Origin: Vicugna vicugna
Taxonomy: Eukaryota
Direction: 5' to 3'
Length of the DNA stretch: 64,000 nt
Assembly: GCA_013265495.1 (NCBI GenBank)
Contig: MU057576.1
Coordinates: forward strand, 1-64,000
Shown here: in pieces, positions 15,364 through 28,380 of the stretch
How positions within the stretch are numbered: position 1 is the first letter of the stretch
Layout: each line of letters opens with the position of its first letter
Position numbers and translations under genes: made by a program
Notes under the pieces: model-generated
Databases searched by the model: none
What the model was told of the DNA's origin: nothing
The model's input: only the letters and a program-made list of their open reading frames with translations

Positions 15364-15526
15364 ATTTATTTTATTTATTTTTTAATATTTTGTGGTGGGG
15401 GGAGTTAATTAGGTTATTTATTTGTTGTTTGTTTGTCTGTTTGTTTTAATGGAGATACTGGGGATTGAACCCAGAACCTTGTGCATGTTAAGCACATGCT
15501 CTACCACCGAGCTATATCCTCCCCCC
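15364..15526 (-). mobile_element. tRNA-derived SINE (Vic-1-like)
   Basis: A/B-box tRNA-like head on the minus strand; 11-bp TSD GTATTTGTTTT at 15353-15363 and 15527-15537. Confidence 0.93.
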
Positions 15527-15556
15527 GTATTTGTTTTTAAAATTAAATTAATCCTG

Positions 15557-15821
15557 TAACTTTGGGAGTCTGAGATTTGCAAATGATAACCACTATAAAT
15601 ATAAATCAATAAAAAACAAATTTCTTCTGTGTAGCTCTGGGAACTGTATTCAATAACTTTTAATAACCTTTAATGAAAAAGAATGTGAAAATAAATGTAT
15701 GTGTGTGTGCATGTATATATATACACACATGACTGGGACATTATGCTGTATACCTGAAATTGACACACTGTAATGGACTATACTTCAATTAAAAAAAATA
15801 ACAAAATAAATTTTTTAAAAT
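15557..15821 (+). mobile_element. Short 5'-truncated L1 3'UTR
   Basis: Homologous to 14075-14285 and 52980-53210; 14-bp TSD TTAAATTAATCCTG at 15543-15556 and 15822-15835. Confidence 0.9.
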
Positions 15822-18601
15822 TTAAATTAATCCTGGATAAGGAAAAAAAAAAGTGAATCATCTTATCTTGCTTAACCCATTCGGTGGCTCCCAAGAGCAT
15901 GGCCCACAGTGCCCTACAGACTGTGTCCCCTGCCCATATTTCATGGCCTTCAGTCCTTCCACTCTGGCTACAAAAGCCTTATCTTGACTCGTCCAGGGTA
16001 CCCAGATCATTTGGACCTCAAGGTCTTCTGCCTCCTCTTGTCTCTGTATGGACCATCCATCCTGCACCAAATATGACCACTTTGCCCTTTAGGTCATCTC
16101 ATCAGAGGGTCCTTTGAGTGTGAGCCCCTGATATTCTCTACACCACCTCCGTTTGGTGGCTTTATGCACATAACACACTGATGATTTTATATTTATTTCT
16201 TGTTATATTTGTTTATAACCTATCTTGCCCACTATGTTTTAAGCTTCTTAAAGGGCAGAGACCAGGTCTTTTTATTCATCACTATGTCCTCAGATTCTAG
16301 CACAAAGCAGGGGGGTCATTAACAATTAAGGTGTCTGAATGAAATGGGGCCCAGCAGCAACTATATAGCTCCTTTTGTATGCTCCTCCCCAATAACTGAA
16401 GGTGCTGCCTCAACACAGGGCTGGCCTCCAACCTGAAGAGGTGACTCTGCATGTAACATACATGCAACTTTAAGAAAGCCAAAATCTACAGAATTCAGCA
16501 CCTAAGTAGAGTCGAGTTCAGGAAGCCTAGTTTAATGGGCAAAGTGATAAAACAGCAGCTCCATTTTGAAAAAGTACCCAAAACAATTGTGCACAACAGT
16601 AACCACCAAAAAGTCATCCGCCTTTGCTTACCTCCTAGTCATATCTCTTCACTGCTCCCCTCATAACCTTCCCTAGCCAACACCTTTCTACATCCAGTCC
16701 ACATGGACTTTCTGTCTTTGTTGTAGAGACAGCTTAGCTTTCCTCTAGCAAAAAAGACTCTTTTTTTTTTTTTTGTAAGAGGAGTAGATTGCCTAAAAGA
16801 TGGTCCAGGAATTACTAAGTTCTCTTTGGCTAACTTGGGGAGGTATGAAAATCTGCCAACGCTCCCTCATTAAAAATATTTGTCCTCTCATATATGACTC
16901 GCAGCAGACTTCACATTGATTAATGTAGTCTCCTTGATAATTTCTTATGAGACACACAAATTGCATTGCTCAGTTTGTTCATGGAAACTTTAGACTGGCA
17001 GCCCGTGTGGCTCACAGCATAATGGTCTATTGTCTATGCTGAGAAACTTTGGCTGAGGAACTGAATGTAAGGCATTTGTCTTTCCCACAGTTCAGCCAAC
17101 CATTAGTTTCTATGGGTTCAGGGTTCAAGACAGGAAAAGGTTTTGGAAATATGAAAATGAATCCAGATATAAACTGGAATCCAAGATTTGGCCACATTCC
17201 AAGTCACCCACACAGACAGAACTGAATTCTGTGCCTGATGTTTTAAGCTATGCTATTTTTCAATCAATTACCTGCATTATGAAATGCTGTGAATAATGTT
17301 TATGCTCAATGTATGTGCTCATTCTTGAAAACTGCGTGTTCCCTGCTCTCAGTGACATTTATCCATTCTTCTTTCAAGCTCATCTAAGCAGAAAGAATAG
17401 AAATGCAAAGGGCTGAAAAAAGAAAGGGGCAGATCTGTTTTCTATTCCCATGTCAACCCTGAGTGACTTGAACAAAGTAATTACCTTCCCTGTACCTTAA
17501 TTTTTCAATTTAAAATGGGATTAGTGATATTTGTCTCTTACCCCAAGCCCCAGAAGTAGTGAGATGAAGTCAAATCCACTTTCCAGAAACCCCTTTACAA
17601 TGAAACTATTGTACATAGAAAATGTGAGATTTCTACATCTTCTACAAGCCTTCAACAGTGGCTGTTTATGTGGTACCTAATTTGATAAAGTAAATTTCAT
17701 CAGGAGACTTTATCAAAAGAAAAGAAAAATGGCCACTACCTGGCCATTTGTTAGTTATTGTGCCAAGATTTGCCTCGTGGAGAAGAAGTACTTTCAGGCC
17801 ATAGCAAGGCAAGTGGGCACTCAGCCTGAGAGCTGTGAGTCGGGGGCACTTAGACCAGACCTGGGGACACGAATGATTGTTGGCCACAGGCCACCATGAC
17901 TAGGATTGTTTGCTTATTTTAAGTGTTTTTCAGATGCCAGGGACCAGAGTAGAAAAACAACCAACACCCACATTTATGGGCAATTGAATTATATCAGGAA
18001 ATGCTTACTGACTTATGCCAATTTGCACCAATCAAAACAGTTCCAAACAAACCCCACCAGAAATAACAGTATTTTAAATGCTTCACAGAATGCTAGCATA
18101 CAAGCTCCAGGTCTGCTGCACATATCCAAGTCCTCGTTGGCTCCGTGATAATCACAGGCTGCCGCAGCCAAGGCGGAAGCGCATCCCTGATCTGTCCCTG
18201 GTTGCTCATACAGCAAGGATTATTTCACTACAGTTACGCCAACCTCAAGGCGAGCATCACACATAGTTAAGAACTATCTAGAGAGGTTGAAGGTGGGTGA
18301 GTTATATTAGCAAAACATTTATCAGTGTCCACTGACACTCAGAGAAAACAAATCACAGATAAAATGCAGTCTTAATCTCAATGGGGTTGTAAGTATCCGA
18401 GGAGGTTTGCAAAGCCCATGCCACATTGGCAAAGTGACATAGTGGAAAATGACATCATGGCATAGTAAGGGATTGGGAGGTGGGGTGTGCACTGTACAAT
18501 TAATTCAAGCATTTGAAATGCATGCTGTTTTATTGACGGGTTACTGAAACACCAGTCACCTAAATGAAATACTGAAAGGTCTACGTGCCAGCTGCAGTTT
18601 G

Positions 18602-18617
18602 GCGCCACCTGTTGGCA
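18602..18617 (-). promoter_or_regulatory. Candidate CTCF binding site
   Basis: Minus strand TGCCAACAGGTGGCGC fits the CTCF core CCASYAGRKGGCRS at 13/14 positions. Confidence 0.6.
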
Positions 18618-19824
18618 ATGTCTGTTCAGATGTCAGTTTTCTGTGCCCTGTGGCTGGCTGGCATTTCCAGAACTACCATGGGGATTCCAGGAATATCTAC
18701 ATGATTTGATGTCACCTGCCAGACTGGGAAGATTGACCAGGGGGCATAGTACAGATTCAGGGACTCTGTCTCCACCTCCCTGTTTCCTGAGACAGGGACT
18801 TCCTCTCCACCACATCTCCTACCCAATGCAAGGTAATGGAAACTTTGTGGCCACCACTGTCTCTGGCCAGCCCACTTGACTCCACTCTTACTCAGTCCTC
18901 CTCATTCACATCCTCAGAGCCCCACTGACACAGACTTGTTGAGTGTGGCATCCTTTTTTACTTTTACAGATTTGGGGAGTGGTTAGAGAAATCAGAGAAT
19001 TTCAGCATAGGACAGGATGGTAGTTTCTTAACTTTACCCTCAGGTACCACCACACCTTGCAATACACCGAGCAGTCCTCACCACGGGAAATTTCCTGCTG
19101 GCTGTGTCCTTTCATGAGTCTGTGCTACCAACAAGTGGTCCCAGTCTCTCTCTGTCTCTGTCTCTGCCCCTCTTGCTTAATCTCTTATTTTTCTCACTCC
19201 TTCTTGTTACCAGTATTTTTCTTCCTCACAGATACCAATTTAACATTTTTCACCCCAACCTAAATTCAGCTTCTGGCCTAACATTTCTTGTCCCAAAACA
19301 CAATAAGGTCCTTAGCCAAACCAACCCCCACCTCCTTTGCCCTCCTCTCTCAGAATCACGGAGCCTGCACAAGCTTTGTCACTGTGGCTTGTTTTTTCTT
19401 TAACATATCAACCAAATAAAAATGTTAGGCAGGATTATTAGCCACCTGCTCCTCCCACATCCCTGCCCCTAAGCAGACTGGAAGGAGGAGAGGTGTGGGC
19501 GAGGGGGTTTAGCTTCTTTCTGCTAGAGTCCAGTGTTGACATATAAGTTCTTGTTAGAGCTTTTCCAAACTCTGGGACCATTTCTGGCAGCACATCCTCT
19601 ATAGGATCTTTCTCTTTGCCTGAGAGAGCTGATCAAGAAACAATCTGAAATGGGGGCATAAGGCCCTGGGCATGTAAGCAACATCCACCACTAAACTTTA
19701 TCATGAGAATCAATGCTGGGAGGGGCCAGTGAATTAATCACCTGACATCTTCTGGGAAGCTGCAATTCTGGCTAGAAATAACTGAAACCTTCCCCTGACT
19801 TCCTTCTTAAGAAATTATGCAGGT

Positions 19825-19955
19825 GGGGGAGGGTATTGCTCAAGTGGTAGAGCGCATGCTTAGCAAGCACAAGATCCTGGGTTCAATCCCCAGTACCTCC
19901 TCTAAAAATAAATGAACCTAATTACCTTCTCCCCTCCTCACCAAAATGAAATATT
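19825..19955 (+). mobile_element. tRNA-derived SINE (Vic-1-like)
   Basis: gggggagggtattgctcaagtggtagagcgcatgcttagc...gggttcaatccccagtacctcc followed by aacctaattacc tail. Confidence 0.92.
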
Positions 19956-20039
19956 TTTTTTTAATGTGCAGGAAGAGAGATACCTTATTTTGAGGAACCA
20001 AGTAAAATAATAAGAGATTTTTACTGCCATATATATTTT

Positions 20040-20960
20040 TTTAAAAGCCACAAAAATTAATATGGTGTGGAATGGACACCAGAAAGGAGGGATTGGTAGA
20101 GGAAACAGAACAAAAGCCCAGAGGCACATGAGTGTATGAGATAGAAGAGCAGTTTCAAATCAGCAAGGAAAGGGTGGAGCAGCCGATAGGGGTACTGGGG
20201 AAACTAAACAATGGTTGGAGAAAGAAAATTTGGAGCCTTTTCTCATAATACCCAGCAAAGTAGATCTTTGATAGACTGAACAATTAAATGCAAACAAATG
20301 AACTAGGAGAGAGTGTAAGTGAATGCTTTAATGATTTTGATATGGAAAAAACATTTTAAGTATTAACATAATAGAAGCCATGAAGAGTTCTTACAAATTA
20401 GTAAGGACAATATGAGCACCCCAATTGAGAAAATATACAAGTAGGCAATTCACAAAAGAGGAAATGACAATGGTTAAATAGCATAATTATAGAATTTCGG
20501 TTTACAACAAATCAGGAATATTAAATGTAGACTAGAGGACCGTCTATATATAAACGATCATGTTGTCAAAGATTAAAAGACTTACTAAATGCCCAGTACA
20601 GCCACGCAGAGGAAAAAGAGATCTTATCAACCCCTGCTGGTGGTATAAATTGGCATGTATTTTCTGCAAAATGACAATACATAGCAAACCCTTAAAAACG
20701 CTTTTATTTAATTCTGACTAATTAATCCTTGGGCAATAAGAAATAGAGGAAAGACATACGTTTGAAGGTGTTAATTTTGTAACAATTAAATGTCAAAACA
20801 TTATTAAAAAACTCACATGTTCAAATTAGAAGGCTAAGTAAGCACTTACCTCCATAGAATGGAATTTTATTACAGCCATTAGAAATTTCATTATAGAAAT
20901 ATATTTACTGACTTAAAAAATGATGGGACATAGTGTTGTTTGTAAAGTAATCTAAAATGC
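20040..20960 (+). mobile_element. Ancient L1 (L1ME-like) ORF2 3' remnant
   Basis: A-rich; aggcaattcacaaaagaggaaat, ctgctggtggtataaattgg, atggaattttattacagccatt. Confidence 0.6.
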
Positions 20961-21752
20961 ACTTATGTGATACAAATTTGTGTGTGTGCATAAAGATATA
21001 AGATATGAATCAATTTTATTAGAACTTATTTCTACATAATAGAAAGTTTTGAAGGTTTTTTTTTCTTTTTTTCAGAGATAAAAATAAAAGTGTATTCTTC
21101 AGGTTAATTTTATATCATATGTACTTTACCATGGTTTTTTAAGTGTATTTTTCAAATGACAATTAGTGTGCATAGTGCCAGTCAAGCAACTGCCTCTCCA
21201 AACAACATTAAGGACAGCATGCTGGGCTGGAAATATTATAATAAAGAAGAAAAACACTTCAGCTGCAAATGAATGAGAGCTAAATACCCTCTAAGAACTG
21301 GAAATTCCTGATTTGCCGTTAGCTTCAATACACACTGCCTGTCAGCAGCAGTGCTCAGCATTAACGAGGCTGACGTGCAACTCATATCCAGCCTGCACTT
21401 CACCTTTAAAGATTTTCTTTTAATGCGTGTCTATATTTTCAAAACCACAATGAATAGATAGTACTTCTAGTGAGAAAACTGTTGATTAAAAAACTAAAGA
21501 AGTAAGAAATGCTCAGACCGTCTGCCTCAGGACCTGCATTCAAGCAGATGCTGAGCACCCTCCTCTGGGGGCTGCCGTCAGGAGGGGTCCTTGCTGTGGG
21601 GGGTGGACCAGCTGACAATTCTAATGTCTTTAGAAGCCTGAGATTACATCTTTCTATGATGTATTTCCTTGGTGCCTGTGTTGTGAAAAGAATTAAAGAG
21701 GAACACCGCTGGGCTCTAATCTGAGGACCACGTCATCCAATCAAGGAGATCA

Positions 21753-23204
21753 GGGGGAAGGGATCAAGATGACAGATTCGGAGGACACAGAGCTTAGTTC
21801 CCCCTACAAGCAGATCAAAAATACATCCATGTGTGGAGCAGTTCTCACTGGAAACTGGCAGAAAGACTCCTGTATGAAAGGTACACACGGAATGGGATAG
21901 GAAGGAAAGAGAAGCGATCAGATCAGGAACCGAGAGGAAAAGGGCAATTATGCAGGCAGAGATCCTCCCTGGGGACTGAGCAGTTAGAGCCACATATCGG
22001 GTGCCCAGCCCTGGGGTCCAACAACTGGAAGACGAGCCCCCTTGGCTGGGTGGGGGGCTGGTGGAGCTAATGAGGGGAGCAGGGGAAGCCTCGACTCTTC
22101 TCAGAGGGAATGCATGAACACTTTCTTGCTCCTGAAGCAGAGCAGAGAGGGCAGATTGAAACCACACTGGCGGCTAACTGGTTTCCTGCAACCTCCCTGG
22201 CATGCACCCCAGCCTGAGCTGAGTGAGCGCTCCATCACAATTTGCCCTGCGTCACAGCCCCACAAAGGAGCAAGGACTGCCACAACCAAGGAAAAAGCTA
22301 AGCTATGAAACGCTGAAGTAGCTCAGACTCTAAGTGATGCCTGAGCAATCATTACTGGCAGTTGGACAGGTGGCACATCAGAGGCAGCCTGGATCTCTGA
22401 TGGCAGCTAGACCACTGCAACCCATGCCCTGAACCCTGCTGAACACCCACACCAGCCCCTCTTGCACCAGCACTGCTGCTCTCTGGGGCAAGAGTGCAGG
22501 AGCTGGGAGGGAAAGAGCACACACTTAAAGGGAACAGAGCCAGCTTAGACTTAACCTTCAGGACTTGTGCTCCAGTAACATGAGAACTGACCCTAATCAC
22601 TGATAAGACTGTGATGGCCACTGAACATAGGGGAAGCCCTGCCTCACACCTGGCTCTGGCCTTAGCCTCTCTCCATCTCCAGCTCCACCTCATACCATGG
22701 TGATAGCTGCCAGCACACCCTGAGGAAGACATGACTTGTGTTCATGTCAAATCCAGCTCTCCAACCAAAGCCACTGGGCGGAGACAGACTGCATCGGGAC
22801 ACTCTCTCACACAAGAACATTGCGATAGGTAACTGTTTCACTTAGTTACAGACAGAGAAAGATAAGCAAAATGAGACATCAAAGAAATGTGTCTCAATTG
22901 AAAGAGCAGGGGATCTTTAGAATACTGTCAAAGATACCAACATTCACAATAGAAATGTCCCAGAAGGAAAAGAGAGAGAGAAGAGGGTTAAAAATGTATT
23001 TAATGAAATTGTGTCTGAAAACTTCCCAAGCTTGAAGAAGGAAACAGATATCCAGGTATAGGAAGCACAGAGGGTTCCAAACAAGATGAATCTAAATAGA
23101 CTCATACCAAGATAAATCATAATTAAAATAGCAAAAGTAAAAGATAAAGAGAGAATTCTAAAGGCAGCAACAGGAAAGCAAAGAATCATATACAGAGGAA
23201 CCAT
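21753..23204 (+). mobile_element. L1 5' portion (5'UTR plus partial, internally deleted ORF1)
   Basis: Starts ggggaagggatcaagatga like the L1 start at 48196; ORF1-like gaaaacttcccaagcttgaagaaggaaacagatatccagg also present near 50250. Confidence 0.8.
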
Positions 23205-26200
23205 TTGAGGAGCTCATTCAACCGTGTGGACACTGGTGCTGGCAGGTGCCCCTGTGGATTCTCCCTACAGCTTATTAGCCTCAGGACACAGCCCCACACC
23301 CACCCAGTAGCCTACAGGCACCAGTACTGGGACACCTCAGGCCAAGCAGCTAACTAGGCAGGGAAATGGCCCCACCCACAAGCAGACAGGCTGCCTTAAG
23401 GCCCCTGAGCCCACGGTCACCCTGGGCACAGCCCTGCTCACCAGAAGCCCAGGACCTGGCCCCACACACCAGTGTGCAAGCTCTAGACCTGGGATCCCAG
23501 CACCCTCCACTCAGAGGTCCCAGGACTCAGCTAGACCCACCAGTGGGCAGGCCCCTACACCAGGATCCCTGGCCCCCCTCCACCCAGATCTAGACTTGAA
23601 ACCAGCCTCACCCACCAGCAGGTGGGCATGAGCCACAGAACACCCACAGCCCTACAACCTGAGAACCCAGCCCACCTACCAGCAGGCCAGATCCTGCCCT
23701 GGGACCAGCTGGGCCCCAGTCTTGCCCACCAGTGAGCCTCCTCTCCTCAGGACCAGTCTCACCCACCAGTGGGCAGACACCAGTCACAAGACAACTACAA
23801 CCCCACAGCCTGCAGACCTAGCCCACCCACTAGCAGGCCAGCACCTGCCCTGGGTCTTGCTGGGCCCTGGCCCTGCCCACTAGCAGACCAACACAAGCTT
23901 TTAGACACCCTCAACTGTGTAGCCAACTGTGTCAGGAACTGGCTTCACCCACCAGGAGTCTAACACCAGCTCTGGGACCCCTGAGTTCTGCACTCAGATC
24001 CCAGGACCCAACTTGGCCTGCCAGTGTGCTGGCTCTAGCCCCAGGTCCTGGCTTCACCCACCAATGGGCAAGCAACTGCTTCAGGAACTCATGGACCCCA
24101 ACTCCACCCACTAGTGAGTCAGCACTAGCCCTGGGTACCCCCGGGATTCTGAAGTGAGCTGCCTGTGACCCAGCCTTGCCAGCTAGTGGCCAGCAGCCTT
24201 CTCACAAGGCAGAGCATGGCAAACAACCAGATCAGGGCCCAAACAAACCTACCAGACCACCCACAGTAGTCAACTCACCACAACAGAAGAATCCACGCAG
24301 CCCACACAGGGCACATCCCTAGAGCAGACAGCTGTGGTTATGAGAGGGGTGTGGCTGCCGGGATGCACAGGAATCTCCTATAAGTAGCCCCTGTCCAAGG
24401 CTGGGAAATGCAATCAACCTACCAGACACATAGAAATAAAAACAACAAGTTAAGCAAAATGAGGGAACAGAGGAACATGTTTCAAACAAAAGAACAAAAA
24501 GCCGGAAGAGGGTCTAAGTGAAGTGGAGACAGGCAATCAATCTACTGGAGAAAGAGCTCAGGGTGATAACCATAAAGATGATCAAAGAACTCAAGAAAAG
24601 AATGGATGCACAGAGTGAGAAGATAGAAGCTTTTAACAAAGAGTTATAAAATACAAGGACAAGAAAACAGATGAAGAATATAATAACAAATAAAAAACTG
24701 ACCAGAATAATTCAACAGTAGACTAAATGACACAGAGGAAGGGCTCAGCGAGCTGGAAGACAGAGTAGTGGAAATCACTGATGCTGAACAGAAAAGAAAT
24801 GAGGACAGCTGAAAGAGACCTCCATGAAAACAACATTAATGACACTAATATTTACATTATAGGGGTCCCAGAAACAGAAGAGGGAGAGAAAGGGGCTTAG
24901 AATATATTTGAAGACATAATAGCTGGAAATTTCCCTAACCTGGGAAACAACATCCAAGTCCAGGTGAGTCCAAACAGGATTAACCCAAAAAGGAACACAC
25001 CAAGACACACAGTAATTCAAATGACAAAAATTAAAGGTACAGAATATGAAAAACAGCAAGAGAAAAGCAACAAATAACACACGAGGGAACTCCCATAAGT
25101 CCATAAGTAGACCCCTTAGAAGAAAGTCTGTAGGTCAGAAGGGAGTGGCATGATATATTTAAAGTGATAAAAGGGGAAAACCTAGAACCAAGAATATTCT
25201 ATCCAGCAAGGCTCTCTTTAGATCTGATGGAGAGAAAAACAAAAGCTAAAAGATTTTAGCACCATCAAACCAGGTTTACTAGAAATGTTAAAGAGAATTT
25301 CTCAAAACAAAACAAAAAAGAAACAACTACAAACATGAACATTATAAAAGAAAAAAGAAATCTCTTTAGTAAAGGCAAATATACCGTAAGGGTAAGAAAC
25401 AATCCACACACAAAGCTAGTAGGAAGGTTAAAAGACAAAAGTAGTAAAATCCCCTATATCGACAACAAGCAGTTGAGAGATGCATAACACAATTAGATGT
25501 AAACTATGATGTCAAAACAGTATCTGAGAGGGAGGAGAGTACAAATGCAGGATTGTTAAAATGTGTTGGAAATTGAGAGATCAGCAACATAATCATATAT
25601 AGAGATGCAAACGTATAGATCTATAGATACAGATATATATAGGTAGAGATAGAGATAAATATATTGATATATGTAAACCTTATGTCAATCACAACAAAAA
25701 AAGTCTATAACAAATACACACTCACAAAAGAGAAAGGAATCCAAACATAACACTAAAGACAGTCATGAAGCCACAGTAGAAGAGAACAAAGAAGAAGGAA
25801 CAAAAAAAGAGGTACAAAAAAACCCCAAAACAATAACAAAGTAGCAGTAAGAATGTACATATCAATGATTACTTTAAATATCAGTGGACTCAATGCTCCT
25901 ATCAAAAGACATGGAGTGGCTGAATGGATGTAAGAACAAGGCCCATATGTAATGCTGCCTACAAGAGATTCAGTTCAAATTTAAAGACACACAGACCAGA
26001 AGGTGAGAGGAGGAAAAAGGTATTCCATGCAAAAGGAAATCAAAAGAAAGCCAGGGTAATTTTTCACAGAACTAGAACAAATAATTTTAAAAATCTGTGT
26101 AGAATCACAAAAGACCCCAAATAGCTAAAACAATCTTGAGAAAGAAGAACAGAGGTCGAGGAATCATGCGCCCTGACTTCAGACTATACTACAAAGCTAC

Positions 26201-26965
26201 AGTCATCAAAACAGTATGGTACCAGCACAAAAACAGACACATAGATCAATGGAACAGGACAGAAAGTCCAAAAACAAACCCACACACTTATGTTCAATTA
26301 ATCTATGACAGAGGAGGCAAGAATATACAATTGGGAAAAGAAAGTCTCTTCAATAAGTGGTGCTGGAAAAACTGGACAACTACATGTTAGAAAGTGAAAT
26401 TAGAGTTAAAGACCTAAATATAAGACTGGAAGCCATAAAACTCCTAGAAGAAAACATGGGCAAAACACTCTTTGACATAAACCATAGCAATATTTTTGGC
26501 ATCTGTCTCCTACAGCAAAAGAAATAAAAGCAAAAATAAACAAATGGGACCTAATTAAACTTAAAAGCTTTTGCACAGTAAAGGAAACCATGCACAAAAT
26601 GAAAAGATAACTTACTGAATAGAAGAAAATATTTTCAAATGATATAAACAATAAAGGTTTAACATTTTAAAAAAGTACAAATAGCTCATACAACTCAATA
26701 TCAAAAAAACAAACAACCTGTAAAAAATGGACAGACCTTAATAGACATATTTCCAAAGAAGACATAAAGATGGACAAACAGGCACATGAAAAAATGCTCA
26801 ACATAGCCAATCATCAGTGAAGTGCAAATCAATACCATAATGGGATGTCACCTCACACCTGTCAGAATGACTATCCTCAGAAAGAACACAAATAACAGGA
26901 GTTGGCAAGAATGTGGATGAAAGGGAACCGGCGTGCACTCTTGCTGGGAATGTCCAGCCGCTATG
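23205..26965 (+). mobile_element. L1 with partial 5'UTR, decayed ORF1 and ORF2 lacking most of EN and all of RT
   Basis: 5'UTR matches the reverse complement of 35950-36365; ORF1 about 24460-25300; ORF2 N-terminus about 25850-26058 joined directly to post-RT sequence ([22 protein letters not shown]). Confidence 0.88.
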
Positions 26966-27177
26966 AAAAACCTTGGGTTGCTTAGTTTGCAAACGAAGGC
27001 ACACTTGGTCTTAGCTAGCCCTGGGCGGGCAGTCCCCCCTAGATTATCAACAAGACCTGAGATGTCAAAGCATCATTTACAGAAACTGGAAAACGTGGTT
27101 AATTCACACTTTAGTCAAGTCATTAAATCTCAAACAACAGTGGAGTTCCAACAGGTTTATGAGCCTTGGATCTGAAA

Positions 27178-27523
27178 TAGTTTTTCTCCATGCTAGCTGT
27201 ATTCTGTAACTTGGGGGATTTTTTAAACTGTGGTTTCCTGCTCTCATATTCTTGGCCACTTACATGAGTATCTCTGGACCCTGACCATTTTTAAAGCTTC
27301 CCCAATGAGTCTCATGTGATTCAAAGAGAACCACTGGTCTAAGACTGTTTCTCAAAGTCTGAACCAGAATGACCGGCAGCAGCATGGTTTGGGAACTTGT
27401 TATAAATGCAGAGTTTCAGGCTTAACCATAGACCTGCTAAGTTAAAACTGGGTTGGGCCCAGCCCTGTGTTTGTACAAGCCCTCCAGGTGATTCTGCAGC
27501 TGGTTTAAGCTTGAGAACCACTG
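27178..27523. mobile_element. Two tandem MER5-like hAT MITEs
   Basis: Both end in gagaaccactg (27326-27336 and 27513-27523); second contains gggaacttgttataaatgcag and aagccctccaggtgattctg. Confidence 0.65.
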
Positions 27524-28169
27524 GTCCAAGGTGAGGATCATCTGTGACTTGAGTGCAGTATCCTCCCATCACATCCCTGCCTCCAACACAGACACTCAGC
27601 CTTCTGAGCAAAGGTCCCACAAAGTTCAGCTAATGTGTTTTTATCACCAAGTATTAGTCTGCTGTTCTTACAGACAGAAGAAGTAGGTGCGGCCTGGGGG
27701 TTCCCAGGGTCCCCCTGCCACCACAGCCTCCAAATGCTTTGATTTCAACCAGTGTCTTCACAGCAGTCAGAAGACGGCCTGAGCTCAGGCAGGAAACCAG
27801 CACGCAGTCACTGCTGTGCTGATGGGGAGCACAGAGGCTCCCAGAGAATGCGGCATCCAGATGCTCCTTGGAAGCCCGGTAGCCTGTCTGCACAGGACAG
27901 ATGCGCTCAGCACCTGGCTTTGCTGAACCCATGGCTAGCACTTAGGAACTCCAAGTTTCTTCAAGTTGCAAATTTTGATATTCAGAGGGGGCTGAATAAG
28001 TGGTAAAACTGTGGGGCTTTGCAAAGAAGTGATTGAAAACAAACTATCAATATTAGGAGAAGTTAAGTGAATATGTGTTTTTTTTTTCTTTTTGGGAAAA
28101 ATTTATTGCAGAAAATAAGCATAAACCGTGAAAGAAAACACCACTGGGTGACTTTTCTCCAGTGACAAG

Positions 28170-28380
28170 AGTCTGGCTCTGGGACCATAGTCCTGCATTG
28201 TAATCTCAGCTCCTCATTCTACCAGCTGTGAATTTAGGAAAGTTAATTAAATTCTAAACTTCTCTTTTCTCATCTACAAAATGGGATTATGACAGTATCT
28301 ATCTAATCATTTGTTTTCAGGATTAAAGAAGTTGATGCCAGTAAAGTGCTTGGCATTTTGACCTTCGCTCAATAAAATCC
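28170..28380 (+). mobile_element. MIR SINE (others probable at about 650-850, 7185-7380, 9120-9280, 17460-17570, 45520-45720)
   Basis: MIR core: ctcatctacaaaatgggattatgacagtatctatc...aggattaaa...gtaaagtgctt. Confidence 0.7.

Noticed and set aside
19825..19900. tRNA-like sequences here and at five other sites
   Set aside because: They carry SINE tails and TSDs and have broken cloverleaf pairing; they are SINEs, not tRNA genes.
23440..24200. Repeat-spacer-like array suggestive of CRISPR
   Set aside because: Eukaryotic DNA, degenerate units with irregular spacing, inside an L1 5'UTR, no cas genes.
26051..26072. L1 ORF2 deletion explained as a spliced-out intron
   Set aside because: The junction retains both the donor-like GTA and the acceptor-like tttttcacAG, which splicing would have removed.
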